From Sarea resinae (taxonomy: Eukaryota), in assembly GCA_026026165.1 (NCBI GenBank), contig JAPEUD010000059.1:62001-126000 (forward strand): DNA of 64,000 nt. The letters run 5' to 3'. This document shows, one piece after another, positions 13,921-27,265 of the stretch. The notes under the pieces are model-generated. The model worked only from the letters and a program-made list of their open reading frames with translations, ran no database searches and was not told where the DNA came from. The position numbers and the translations under genes are program-made. Every line of letters begins with the position of its first letter. Within the stretch, counting starts at the first letter, position 1.

Positions 13921-14631
13921 ATGGCCACGCACAACGGACGCTGCCACTGCGGCCAAATCGAATGGACCGTCAAGCTGCCCGAGGGAACCGAATCGCACAT
14001 TCTCTGGTAAGAATTTTTGTCCCAGAGACAGACCGTCCTCACATATATCCTGCTAAATCATGTCAACACCAACAGCCATTGCGACACCTGCAAGCAACTG
14101 GGCGGCGGCGCCTACTCGCTGAACCAGATCGTGCCGCAGGAGAACCTGAAGATCACCAAGGGTAGCCCGAAGACGTATACGTATTACGGTGCCTCTGGTA
14201 AGTTACTTTTGTCGTCACTTTGAAGGAAGATGATCGTGCTGTGATATTTTTGTCTCGGCTTTTTATTCTCCTCCTATCATCTTCCCCTCCCATTGTCATC
14301 TCCTCCCTCTTTTTACTCCCCCCCATCCCGTTATCATCCCCCCGTTATCATCCCCCCGTTATCATCCCCCCGTTATCATCCCCTCCCTCATCATCACCCA
14401 CCACAGCACAACTAACAACACCCAGGCAAACCAGTGCACTGCAACTTCTGCCCGAACTGCACCTCGCACATCTACCACCACCAAGCCGTCATGGGCCCCA
14501 AGATCGTCGTGCGCACCATCCTGCTCGACAGCGGCAAGTCGTTCAAGCCGTCGGCCGAGATCTTCGGCAAGGCGCGTCTGCCGTGGGTCGCCGAGGCCGC
14601 CACCACTTTCGATACGCTGCCTCCGGAGTAG
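13921..14631 (+). CDS. GFA / CENP-V / Mss4-like zinc-binding protein
   Basis: Three exons give MATHNGRCHCGQIEW...HILC|HCDTCKQLGG...YYGASG|KPVHCNFCPNCTSHIY...PSAEIFGKARLPWV. The Cys pattern GxCxC, CHCxxC, FCxxC matches the GFA family. Confidence 0.88.
14329..14383. repeat. 13-14-bp minisatellite (CCCCCGTTATCAT) x4 in intron 2 of the GFA gene
   Basis: Four consecutive GTTATCATCCCCC(C) units are visible. Confidence 0.9.
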
Positions 14632-15080
14632 ATGAATAGTCTTGGTGTTCGAAAGGAAGAAAAGGACGGTCAAGGATGCAAAAAGGGAGAAAGGGGAGCA
14701 AGGGATAGGGGTCCGGCACCATACGACACCCTGTAGTCGGCTTTTAGGAGGCTAGGAATCGTCTCTAGACTCTGCAGGCTATATCTATGCAAATATATAT
14801 ATATCGTGTTAGAGACTCCACTTTCAACTCCACTACAATCTAAATCTAGCAAAGTAACCCTATTTACATTCAGCCAACCTGTGTGACGATCGCTATAGCT
14901 GCTCTCATCTCTTTGTTAGTATTAGAGGACTATATTATCTGCATTATAAAGGCTATCTATATGTTCTTTCTCTATCTAGCGGTAGGTGTATAAACGAGTA
15001 AGTAAATAAATCAAGAAAATTCAAGTATATACCTAATTAAAAGAGGAATTTAAGGAATAAAAGGCCTTGTCTCTTTAGAT

Positions 15081-15082
<2 letters not shown>

Positions 15083-15118
<36 letters not shown>

Positions 15119-15218
15119 CTCTCTCTCTAATCTTCTCTTCTCTTCTCTTCTCTTCTCTTCTCTTCTCTTCTCTTCTCTTCTCTTCTCTTCTCTTCTCTTC
15201 TCTTCTCTTCTCTTCTCT
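15083..15218. repeat. (CT)n followed by a long (CTTCT)n microsatellite
   Basis: Directly visible. Confidence 0.95.
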
Positions 15219-15480
15219 TACACTTTGTTCTACCTCTTTAAAGCTAGAGCTTTAGACTAGGTTCTTACTAGAAACACACGCATAACAATCTTCTTCTCTA
15301 AGGCAAGTAGCTAACTCCTCTAAGGTATCTATTAACTGTCTAAGGTATACAACATCTCTTCTCTCCTATCTCTACCTCTCTACCTACTAAAAAGAAAAAA
15401 AAAAGAAAACTTCTAGAATTAAGTTTAGTTAAGTTAAGTCTAGAAAGAAGTACAACTAAGTGCTTAAGGATAATATAGCT

Positions 15481-15519
<39 letters not shown>

Positions 15520-15520
15520 A
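15481..15520. repeat. (AGAA)n microsatellite
   Basis: Directly visible. Confidence 0.95.
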
Positions 15521-16915
15521 GATCTCTAGTAAAGTAGTACCTAAAGGTAAGATAAGAAGAGTAAATAGGTAAGTCAGTAAGTAAAGAAGAAAGGTAAAGA
15601 GTAAGGTAGGTAAGTTAATAAGGTAAGTCATCTATCTATCTAGGTACTTAATCTACTCTATATACTAACTTAGTTCTTACTAACTAACAAACTACCTATT
15701 TAAACCTTACTTTACTTTACTTTAACCTGACTTTCTCTTCCTCTAATTCTAATCCTAAGATAAAGTCAGGTAGCTAAAACACCTTTTTCACACTTTTATA
15801 TCTAGGTAGGTAGAGAGTACTAGTGCAATTATTATTTATTCTTCTACTCTTTTATCTCTTAAACTCTCTTATACTAAGGTAAGTAGATAGACTAGAGGTA
15901 GGTAGAGATCTACTTGCTTACTTATCTATTTATCTATCTATTTATCTCTTTTCTCTCTTTATCTATCTCTTTTCTCCTATAGTTTTAGTTATGATTTTAG
16001 TTTTTCACCTTAATATAGAGAAGAGTAAAGGAGAGGAGAAGAGAGAAGAGAAGAGAAGAGTTAAGTACAAGTGAGTAGAGGAAAAAAGGAAGAGAGAGAG
16101 AGAGAGTTGCCTTAGAGTTAGACCTTGCAATTACTTCTTATTAATTATTCACTTACTTACTCACCCACTCAACTCACTTATTAAGGAGTTAACAATCACA
16201 TCACATCATATAACATCACGTCCTAAGAACATAGGCAAGGTAGTCAATCCCTATTTTCACACCAGAAGCAAAGAAGCAAGAAAAAAAAAACAGAAAAAAA
16301 ACGAGGGTATCTATTCTGAAGCTAGCCTGTATCCTGTATCCTGTGTCCTGTGTCCTGCTGCCTGAATTCTGTCGCTGTCGTCCTTGCCCCATGCTCTGCT
16401 GCCGTCTTCCTTGCCCCTGTACCGCTGCCGTCTCCTGTATCTCGAGTGCTGTGTGCTGGCCGTGTCCAGCGTCTCCAACGTGTCCAACGTGTCCAACGTG
16501 TTCTATCTATCTATATATATAAGTGTGTGTGTGGTGTGCATGTATAGATGGAGGGATAGAGGGCTCTATAACCTGGTACTGCTTGTGTCTCTCGTGCCTC
16601 TCGTGCTGCGCGTGACGGCTGCTACCATTCAAGTGTCGATGGTGTCATTGATCTTGCTAGTGTTGGCGTTGCCAGTGTTGGCGTTGCCAGTGTTGGCGTT
16701 ACCAGTGTAAACAGTGCTGATAGTGTTGATGGTTTAGTGTTGACGGTTTGGTGTTGACGGTTTGGTATTGATGGTGTTTGTGTCGATAGTGCGATAACTA
16801 TCGTCGGGCATTGAGCGCAGCGCGATACTATCATGGCATCACAAAACTCAATTCGCGGTCATCATGCATTCACATTGCTCTGCTCTGCGCGTGCACACAT
16901 GCCAGGATACAGCAA

Positions 16916-18569
16916 TCAATCTCGATGCACCGGACAGGCGCCGACGCCCTTCTTGTCCCACCACTGTCGGATGCACGCCTGTACCCAAATGGCCTCGTCA
17001 GCAGGAATGGAGCACCTTACGCAGAAAAGAAAAACATACCCGGTGGAACTTGCACAGACACTCCAACCGACCCATCTCGTCCCCGACCGTAAACTCCTCG
17101 AAACAGATCACGCACTCCTGCGCCTCGCCCGACTCGGCATTCACGCAGTCCTTTTCCGTCGCGTGGTACGTGAGCATGCCCTTGGGACGATGAGGGTGCG
17201 GGTGCGACCGGTGCTGCACCGGTGCATGGGATGGGGACGTAGATGCCCCTATAGACGTGGATGTCGACGCCGATGCCGTGGGTCCACTGCTGGATTCGCC
17301 CGGTTCGGTGTGACTCGGCCGACTGGCTGTTGTGCTTTGAGCCAGAGTACTGGGCGCCGGGGCCGGCGACGATGTGGCAAAGTTCTCCATGATGCAGTCA
17401 TTGATGTGGCTCTCTCGCGCCGTAGTGTCGCCGTCTGGTCCTAGGGGCGGCAATTCGTTGTGACACACCGGACATTCGTCCTCTTCGCGAAGCACTGGCC
17501 GTTGAGGGGTGACAGGAGGCGAATCGATGTCGAGCATGGAGCGGTAGCCCGGCTGCGGGTTATGGCCAGGAGTCACGGATGAATGCGACGAGGAGCGCGA
17601 GTGCAGGAGAGATCGGCTCGGTGAGAAGCCGTGGTCGCGGAAGACGTGGCTGAATCGGCGGTGCTGGGAGATGTGCTGTGGCAAGTGTGGAGGGGTCGCT
17701 CGAGGGCCTTGTCGAGGACTGGCCCGTGATGCCTGCGGGCTGGGGACATCCGTGTTCGAGCGCTGTCGACGACGCTCATCCGACCCATCGCCCATCGGTT
17801 GCGGCCGACCAGCTTGGAGCTGCCTCCAGTTCACTTCTGATGCGCGTCGGTGGTATAGAGGCGGCGGATCATAGCTGGGATCCGGCACGCAGGGATTGCA
17901 GACTCGAACCTCGGCGCTGCCCTGAACCGACACGGGTGCGTCGTCGGTCAGATCGATGACTGGCGGACTCGACAGTCGATCGGACGGATTCGACGGTTGT
18001 TGGACGATGAATTGTCGGGGTATGGTGATTCGATGAGGCGAGCAGTTCGCGCAAACAACACGGCCGCATTTGCTTTGTGGGATCAGCAGTGATCCTCGCA
18101 TCGAAACAAAAAAAACATACCGGCAATGATGTCTCCTGTAGAAAATCCCAAAGTGAGTGCCACAGATCGGGCACTTGCTCACCTCTTGATCCGACTGCCA
18201 TCTCGGAACCTCTCTGGCTACATCTGGCATCTGTCCTATACGACCGTCTCTCGCGGGATCCGGCAACTCAGGCAGCGGCCTCTCCGCCGTCGCCGACACC
18301 ACATTCGGACTATAGTCACTCGCCACCCTTCGAGCCGCAGGAACCGGCGACCGTCGTCGATTATCTCCTTGCAGCGTCAACCTTCTCTTCCTGTCGGCAG
18401 CCGTGGCGCCAGATACCGTCTCGCGCTGCGCCGGTAGGCCGTCTGCCGTCGTCCCGGTGCGTAAGAATTCCTGCCATGATTCCGATGCAGGCTCGCCGTG
18501 TAGCACTGGCCCAGTGGGTCCCGGGGCCCCTCCCGACGGAGGCCCGCGACTTGGCCCTGGCGGGTCCAT
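16916..18569 (-). CDS. PIB1: FYVE + C-terminal RING-H2 E3 ubiquitin ligase (Pib1-like)
   Basis: FYVE domain: WQSDQEVSKCPIC...RRHHCR|KCGRVVCANCS...VRVCNPC. RING-H2: ECVICFEEF...RLECLCKFHR|ACIRQWWDKKGVGACPVH. The last exon is recovered after a GTATGT...CAG intron, with stop TGA at 16916-16918. Confidence 0.88.
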
Positions 18570-19358
18570 CTTATCCAATGATACCAGGCGTCCAGAATGT
18601 CGTCAATGATCTCGTCAGCTGCGCTCCAACCTGTTCATCAGAAAGAATCAAAATGCCTCTCTGCATCGATGCTGAAACAGTCAGATCTCGAGGGCCAAAA
18701 CAACGGTGTGGTGCGTGGTATCGTACTCGTACTTCGTATGTCGCGTGCTCTGGTCCACAGTGCCACTCGATCGATTCACCACGACGAGCTGTTTGATGAT
18801 ATATCGCCGTCCAAGACTGATGATGGTCTCCGGATAACAGGCTGTCAGAGCAATTCGGCGTCCAGCACATACATATAGGCGGTCTGTGATGGCATGGGTG
18901 AGGTGGCTCAGCCGTGGGCGGCTAAGGACTGAGGTGCGTAGGTAAGTAGGGGCCTCGCACTCTACCGACCGAGCACGTCGTCACCTATCGGCTGACCGCT
19001 TTCGGTAAACCATCAGCGGGAGATGCTGCCATCGCCATCGCCAATCTTATCGCATCAGTGGCGTCTACTCGGACTGCACCACCGTAAACAGTACGCAGTA
19101 GTCAGTAGTCACTGCCGCTGTCGTCCATCGACTATCGACTGTCAAACGGCATCAGACGGTAAAGACCAAGACCAAGACCAAGATCAAGGTCAAGATCACG
19201 ATCACGATTAGCACCAAGATCGAAAGTGACACTCGATACATTCATCCTACTCTAACGCGGCCTCTAAGCGGACGAGAATACTAATCATGATCATATGCTG
19301 TTGTACACGGCACACCCTGCCAAGCAACGCCGACTTTTCCCATAATAAAACTCGTTTC

Positions 19359-22300
19359 TCATTCTTCCCTTGGAACCTCGACTAGCTCGGCCCGACTGCC
19401 AATATGAGATGGCTCATCCGGAGACACCAGATGGACGCTGGTACGATGATGTTGCACGTAGCCAATGCTGGACGGCCGATCCACCGACGTCTGTCTCGCG
19501 GGCGGATTCGCCTGCTCGAGCGGCGCACTCGATGCCTCCGACCCCCCAGTAGACAGCCGTGGACCACTGACCGAAGAAGGCTCCGACCGGAAAGGAAGAC
19601 GGTCGGATTCCGCAGTAGATGGCCTCAGAGTGTGTGATGGCTGATGAGCATCGTACAGTCCACGAGGAGAAGATGGAGGCGATGGCTGTATCGTGGACAG
19701 GCGACCAAAGTCTGGAGCTTCCGCGTCGCCCCCCGATGACTTCCTTCTTGAACTCTTGCGAGGGATCGACGGCGGCACCCTTCTTAATCGTCTTGAATGC
19801 TGAGAGCTTGCCTTTGAGCCGACGCGACTGGGCATCTCTATGCCTCCGCCGGTGTCGATAGAGGGCAAAGAAGGAGGGAATTCGGGGATCGTACTGGTCC
19901 GTTCTGCCTCTTCCTCTTCGTCCGAGGTCAGACTACTGACCTCGTCATCGGACATGGCCCTGGTGATCTCTTCGGGCTCCTCCTCATCGCTTGAATCGAT
20001 GTTGTGGCGTCTTTGAGGCTGAGCTTCTGCTTCAGGGTCGTCTCGGTATGGAACATCTACAGCCGCAGGCGTCCCGCTGGCAGCTCGTTGGGCCAAGGGA
20101 GGTGGTGCCCTTGAGCTTCTCACCACCTCGAAGCCCTTGCCCTTTTCTTTCGTCTTCCCACCAAAGAGTCCTTTGAACCAACCTGCTGCGGAAGACACTG
20201 TCCCAGTTGGATCAGCCGGACCAGTCTTCAGTCTCCGAGTAGGTTGATTGGACAAGGCCGGCCCACGGACTCCGTAGTAAAAGTCACTCTCTCTCACGGC
20301 ATAATCTGTCTTTGAACGCCGAGGCTCATTGACGTTGGAATCCGACTGTTCTTTCCCAGATCCCAGATATGCAGGAACAGGAGTTGCTCGGCCTGAGATT
20401 GAAGGGCCTTCCATGGCATCAGTCACGTCTTGATCATCGTTCTTAGGCCAATCCCCGCTGGCCCAAGAGCCTCGACTTCGTGCACCAGGTGAATAAGCTT
20501 CCAAAGTAGGCCTTCTGGGCCGCGGAGGTCGATAGTAAGGATCCGCGGTTTCGCTGGTCTTGATGCCCAAGATAGCACCACGTCCCGAAGGGCCGGCAGG
20601 CCCGACACTCGTGCCAGCACTAGGAAGATACGAAAAGGCGCTGGCTGCACGAGGAGTATCCGGTGTATACGATGCGCTTCCACTTCCTTGACGATGATGA
20701 CTGGTGCCGGGTAGTGACTCTAGGGCTACACTTTGCCTTCCATCACTGGCGGTATGTTGATTCAACAGTATAGCAGAGCTTCCAGACATGCTCCTAGGTC
20801 TCGACCCAAATCCTGGGGATTTGGTTTCGATGTCTGGACTGAGCATGGCGGCATCCGACGTCCCACTATGACGTGCATGGTCTCTGCGGGGCAATCTTCG
20901 AGAAAGTTGACGCATACCGAAGACCTGTAGGTGAATGTTAGAGAAGTAATTCTAGAGAAGATGGGGCCGTCTACCTTGACAAGGCCGCCTCTAGCGGCCG
21001 CACCTCCCATGGACTCATCGCCTCCGGCGCCTGCTAATCTTGCTCCCACTTCAACGATTGTCTGTAACGCGTTCAACAGATATCCAAAGATCAGGACAAT
21101 GGCATGCAACAAAAGAATGATATAGCCAATCCATCCTCTTGGCGCTTCAGTAACGCCCAAAGAGGGAATGAAGGCGACGGACAGTAGTGTCGCAAGTAGT
21201 CTGACTAAAGAGAAAGCTGTATGATAGGCGTTCATGGAAGTCGATTTGAGAAAGGGCTTGAAGGCGTGGAGGGTGAGAATGAAAATAACTTCGCAGATTG
21301 CCAATAAGATGACCTGAGCGATGCCCGACGGTTGAACGGCTCCGATAGCGATGCCGCGTAGAAATGTCAAAAGCACCGGAATAAGGGCGAATGGTGCTTT
21401 GTCGTCGGAGTAGGTATTGTAGAGCGGCCCGTAGAGGAGCACGGTCGGAAGATCGTCAAACAAATACGACCGCGGTCGAGTGCGCGCGACTAAGAAAAGT
21501 AGCCACCCGGCAAAGCCAAACAAAGCAATCAGGAGGAGAGCCGCGAGCCCTACTGTTGAAGTCTTCGATTGCGAAGCGACTACCAACTGGAATGTCGAAA
21601 GAGCGACGATTGGCAAGAGAAAATAATTAAAGACGACTCGGATGACGTTTCCTATAGTAAAAGGTAAGTTCTTCGCTCGAAGGTCTTCCTCCTGGATGTT
21701 AGAAATAAATCGGTAGCCCCATCGAAAGACGAATCCAATCTGGATGAGCACGACCATAGCAGCTAAGATGACCAGGAGCCAGATAACCATGCCAGCCCAT
21801 ATATCTTTGACGGATGTCATGCCCACCAATTGACGCACTCGGTCTAGCCCGTATGTCCCGTTGTAGACGTAGATTCCATCAATCAGACTTTGAGTCCCGT
21901 TTCCATGACTGACGAAGCTCTCGTTGAACATGAGTGCTGACCAGCTGACTTTGCTGACTACTGGCTGATAGTACCCGGGGTAATTCAAGCTCAACGATCC
22001 GGTTAAGACGATGAATTGGATGTACTGCAGACAATCCCCGAACCCGGGTGTGACCAGACGTAGGAGATCCGTGTCTCTGCCGTAATTGCTGGTCCATCGA
22101 AACGTGTCCGAGGAACCCCAGGGACTCCAGATGGCAGCAAAAGCCGTCGCAAACCCGACCAGGATCAAGATGGCAAGTGGGAGGAACCTCAGCACATTGG
22201 TGAGATTGGCCCCGAGATCTGGAGTGATGCTGGCGGATACACAAACCAGCTCGGCTTTATTCGCGTCCCCCGACGTCGCCCTCAGAGTGGCAGAAAAGGT

Positions 22301-22952
22301 CGCGAAAGCGTAGCTCGAGTAAAATTGGTGCGCCACGGAAAAGGCAGGAAGTTCTGATGGTAGGCTCCTGTTTATTAAGGTCAGTCCACCGATTTTTACG
22401 TGCTTGCTAGCGAGATACGTACGCATTGGCCGTGAAAGCCGGCCCAAGTGGACATTCCCCGTGCACCAGCGTTTCGCAGAACCTCATCGGATCCGCATCG
22501 TAGGGCGTGTAGCTCAGCACATTGAACCTGGAAAAGAAGGTCGAGTATACGTTGTTGGACTTGCTCAGATCCACAATCTTTCCGACGGTAGCGTTGGGAT
22601 CTGACCATTGCGGGCTGTTCGGCGAGGGATACGTCTGCTGGGTCGCGATGCCCGAGACATTGCCATAGACGGTCACGTTCAGATTGTGGCTCGGGTTGGT
22701 CTTATTGAAACTGGCGTAGAGATGAAGCGGGACGAATTGGAGTTGGAGTGGATTGGAATTGATTATATTAGGATTAAGACAATTATCGAAGTTGATAAAG
22801 GCGGCCGCGGCCTGACGGACGAAGAGGCAGCAAAGAAGCAGGATCCATGGCAGGCTATTGGCCTGTCTGCGCGTGCATGGATTGTCATCGAGCCATGGCC
22901 GAGGAGTCGCCTTGATTCCTCGTGCGGTCGAGGACGGACCGGTCAAAGCCAT
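19359..22952 (-). CDS. FLC/TRP-like (Pkd2-family) integral membrane protein with luminal N-terminal domain and long disordered cytoplasmic tail
   Basis: Signal-like segment (WILLLCCLFVRQAAA), then a TRP_N-like region with CVSASITPDLG, then TPGFGDCLQYIQFIVLTGSLSLNYPGYYQP and LYGPLYNTY with multiple TM helices. Two introns link the 181-, 561- and 518-aa ORFs. Confidence 0.85.
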
Positions 22953-25076
22953 TCATTCGTATAGAGACCACCCTCCGCCGGGAGGCTCAATTATCTCTCA
23001 TCCGCGAAGGACAGGAAGGCTTCCCAATTTCGTGGTTTCGTAAAGGGTCATCAGCGAGGGTGCGTTTAACGAAAGTGCGGTGTCATCTGCAGTCTCGACG
23101 TCGAGAGACAGCGAGGGGAGAAAGGAGGAGAAGGATGTGAAGACGAAGAAGAACAGAGAAGCCGGGCGACGTTGCCAGATGGAATGGCCGTCAAAGGTGC
23201 AGTGGAGAGCAGAGCAGCACGGATTGAGCGAGTGAACGAGCGAGTGAGTGAGTGAGTGAGCGAGTGAGACTGCAGGTGCCCAGGCGGGTGCTGTGAGCAG
23301 GCACGACCAAGACGACCAAGAGCGAGTTACGAAGTACAAAGTACCTTACGAAAGTACGAAGCTACCAGGGCCAAGTCACTCTGTCACTTCCTGGCGAGGC
23401 GATGATGGCTGGAGACTTGGAGCAAAAGGAATGGAACAACCATGGGGACTCGGGGCACTTGGGGGGCACGACGCGAAGACAATTGGCTTGTCACCAACCG
23501 GATGCGTCGTAGGCCCGCGGCCAAGGAGGAAGCGAGGCACACGAACGAGCTGGGCCAGCTGAGGCCAGCCGGGCCAGCTGGGAAGGGGACATCGCAGGCA
23601 TCGTCGAACTACTCTGGATTAGGAGCATTAGGAGCATTAGGAGCATCACGGATCACGGATCAGCATCAATGATCAATGGTCAATGCCAGTTCCATCAATG
23701 GGAGTCTCTACTCGACATCCTCTATCCTACGAGGACTGCGTCGTCGACGAGTCACTCGCCAGGACGAGTCAAAGGATGATCTGATCGATGGCCCCTTTGC
23801 CGTCGATCGTCACCGCGTCCTTCTCCATCGGGTCGACCGATCTTGACCCTTCTCCCGTTCGTGTCGGGGGGGGCCAAGGGAGAGCCCGACCAGATAGACG
23901 CTCGCGATCATGATGGTCGGTGGACGTACCCAAAGCAACCTGGAACCCACGGGTAGCAATTGGTAGCAATGCGCATCATCGACATTTACAACTCATCGTG
24001 ATCTCCGTTAGGTCTACTCCGTACTCTGGAGTACGCTGTACACCAGATCAGCCAAGCTTGACGACCGGATGCGATCGACGACCATTAGTAAGGCAGTACT
24101 CCGTAGCTAAGTACTTCGGTCGCGTCTTGGCTCTGATCGAATACCCAGTAGAGTTGAGAATTCCTTGCTTCATGAGGGTGGCAGGAAAGGTATTTTCTTT
24201 GTCCAAGAATACTACGGCTACTATCCATTGTTTGTGCTCGCCCCAGCTCTTGCACCAGCACCTCTCCGCGAGCCTGCAGGTGGGCTGTGCTCTCTACGCA
24301 GTACTTCGTACTTGGGTGCTGTCTGGGTGCTCCAGCTGTCTGGGGGGCAGTCTCTTACAATACGAATACAACGTACGAAGCACTCCGGAGGATACAGCGT
24401 GTAATGATTTCTATTTTTGGGGGACAGCTTGCCAGTGACTCCGTGAATTCGCATCACTCACTACTGTCGCGGCCAGGGCCAACCGGCCAACGGGCCCACG
24501 AACCTAGGGTGAACAGGACAGCCAATCACTGTCTTTTGTGTCCTGACCAGTTGCGTACTCCGTACTCCGGTACTGAAGTACTCGAACTCCGTACCTCGTA
24601 CCTGTGGATTACTAAACATCATTACTGTCACCTTCAAGTCGTGGGACCAAGGGACCCCGTTCATTAGTAAGATAGGTATCCAATCAACTATCAATCGGTG
24701 CCTCTATCGATAAACACCATGTTCCACGACTCTTGCAGTGATCTTGCGCAAAGCCTGACATGTGCCACGAACGTTGCGCGCGAAGCGTTGTGCTCAAGCG
24801 GAAAGACTCTGCTCTACAGACAGCCATAAGCAACAGTCGCACGGACATTGCCTCTCTTTCGAGTTTGATGCATTGAATTGAAGCGAGCTTGATTGGACGT
24901 GGGCACGGGAAATGTAAGTTCTTGATTTGTGATCCAACATCGGATCATCGTCCCCTCAGAGCACGCTTGATCTTTGTAAGCTCGTGCATTTGTAAGCTGA
25001 GCTACGACAATAAAGGGAGCCTCTCTGCCAAAGCCCAAGGATACTCCAATTGAGTCTCGTTTGCCCTATCATCAAA

Positions 25077-26238
25077 ATGGCCGAAGCATATCAGATCTTT
25101 CCAAATGTTGAAGGGGAGCCATGGCTGTCGGGCAAGGGCCTCGCAAATCTTGAATTGCGAACGGTAGAGAAGCCGTCTCTCCAGCCCGGTAGAGTTCTGA
25201 TACGCATCAAGGCCGTTTCTTTGAACGCCAGAGATGCAATGGTCATCGCTGATGATCACGTCTACCCGGTCCGCACAACTTCCGGCCTGAGCCCCTGCTC
25301 CGATGGAGCTGGACTCGTTGAGGAAGTAAACGATGGGAGTAGTTGGCAAGTCGGAGATCGAGTGGTCCTCCAAAGCAACCATTCCTGGACCGAGGGACTT
25401 GATGTACGGGATTTCAATGTTGCTTTGGCACTCGGCGGGGGGGATGTGCAAGGAACACTGCGGCAGTATGCTCTGGTACCGGAGAAGATCCTGGTGCGTG
25501 CGCCAAGGAACCTGAGCTTTGAAGAGGCTGCAACACTGCCAACGGCCGGAGGGACTGCCTTGAACGCTCTGTTTCATGGACCTTCGGTGGTCGAGTCCGG
25601 TACCTCTGTAGTGACCCAAGGGACCGGTGGCGTCAGTATGTTTGCAATTCAGGTCAGCAATTCCCCAAAGACAAGCATGGAACTCGTCTGAACTCCGAAT
25701 AGCTCGCTGCTGCAGTCGGAGCAGAAGTCATAGCCACGTCCTCGTCAGATGAGAAATTGGACAGAGCGAGAAAAGAGGGAGCTAAACATCTAATCAATTA
25801 CCGGACCACGCCTGATTGGGCACGGGAAGTCCGAGCCATCAAGGTGAACGGCGTTGATCATGTTGTCGACGTTGCAGGTGCCGGGACCATTCAACAATCA
25901 CTGCAATCTTTGAGGCAAGGCGGACTGGTATCCGTGATAGGAATATTGACGCCGACACAAGCGACAGATCTGGTTCCTGCGCTTTTCTACGGAGCGAAGA
26001 CAGGTGTGCTTGACGACCCCCCACCCATCTTTGAGCTCGGGCTTGACTGACCGCTCGACACTCAGCGAGGGGAATATTGGGTCATGCAAAGCTGATGCTG
26101 CTGGAATTGGTAGAGCTCGTGGAAAAGCATGACATACATCCGGTGATAGGTGAGACATTTGAGTGGGAGGACGCGAAGGAAGCTTTCAAAGCGTTGGTGG
26201 GCCAATCTCATATCGGAAAACTGGTAATTAGAGTGTGA
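25077..26238 (+). CDS. MDR-superfamily (quinone-reductase/ADH-like, no catalytic Zn motif) NAD(P)-dependent oxidoreductase
   Basis: Motifs VLIRIKAVSLNARD, PCSDGAG, LSFEEAATLPTAGGTA, QGTGGVSMFAIQ, HLINYRTTPDW, GVDHVVDVAG and terminal HIGKLVIRV*, with two introns. Confidence 0.9.
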
Positions 26239-27265
26239 CGCGCCGGAGGCATCTGTCTGAGGTAAAGTACCCAGACAGACAGTATCAATCCGCTGATGCT
26301 ATGGAATCATGCTGATTCATATTACATCTTAAGGATTGCGCGGTGAACACGAGAGAGGAGATCAATTGGTACAATGGAAGCAATTTCAATTCAGATATGT
26401 GGACGGCGAGGACGTGTAGTGAGTGATGTTTTGTACTGATGGCTTGTATGACGCGAGGGCATTCGAGATTGCGATAGGCACGAGCTATTGCATGTAGTGC
26501 GATAAAGGCCCTTGCTGGCGCTGGGATTGGTGTTGCCGCGCGATGATGGGGGTACTAAGGTATGTGGAAGTGAGAGTCCTGTACGAGTACCTCGGGAATT
26601 GCGCTGGAACAGGCACGATAAGAAGTATCTTTCCCTCTACTACCCGAGTAGGTACAGTGACCGTCCCCATCTTCGAAGCTTGAAACACAGGCATGCCAGG
26701 CTGGGTACGAGGTAGGTACCTAGGTAGGTAGGGTACCCACACAGTACTGCGCAGTAGTGAGGAGGTCTTCTTGTATGGACCCCGATGTGGTGGGGAGTCG
26801 TGAATGATACCTACTCGAGTAGTATCCATGGATATCTCAAGTGCGAAGTCACTCACTGTGCAGTCACTGCTAGTCACTGCAATGTGAGGCTTTTCATCTT
26901 TGCTCCCTCACTTCCTCAGCGAAGAATTGATGATATTGATGATCTTGACCATCTTGACAATATTGACATGACCCGAACGAGCACGACGGCTTCTCACCTC
27001 CCGCTCGTCTCGAGTCTGGCGTTTCACTTGTGCCCGAGCGCCTAAGGTACTCCACCACTAACAGTAGCACCCCCCTTCCCGCTCGTTACCTAATTTAGTG
27101 GACCCTGGAATTCTGACAGCCCTGAGTGACGACGCTGGCAGCAGCCGCAGTACTGACCGTGGACCCCTCGATCCAGGCACACGACCGGACACGACTGCAC
27201 ATGCGAGGTGCAAATAGTGAGCGTTGGCCTCCAAACTTCCACCTCCGATATGTTTTAGACTGACC

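Larger units (their letters stand above)
14745..16250. other. AT-rich, TpA-rich island resembling RIP-mutated DNA, with embedded microsatellites
   Basis: Abrupt composition change with abundant TA/TAG/TAA/CTA and few CpG or TpG. The supplied track has no ORF of 60 aa or more between 14853 and 16310. Confidence 0.75.

Noticed and set aside
1..14631. Secondary-metabolite gene cluster (Zn2Cys6 TF, MFS pump, methyltransferase)
   Set aside because: There is no PKS, NRPS, terpene synthase or DMATS backbone gene in the window, and the genes are interleaved with the housekeeping gene cyt-4.
14745..16250. Transposable element or centromere call
   Set aside because: No terminal repeats, target-site duplication or transposase/RT remnant is visible, and the island is too short and gene-flanked for a regional centromere. 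It is kept only as RIP-like DNA.
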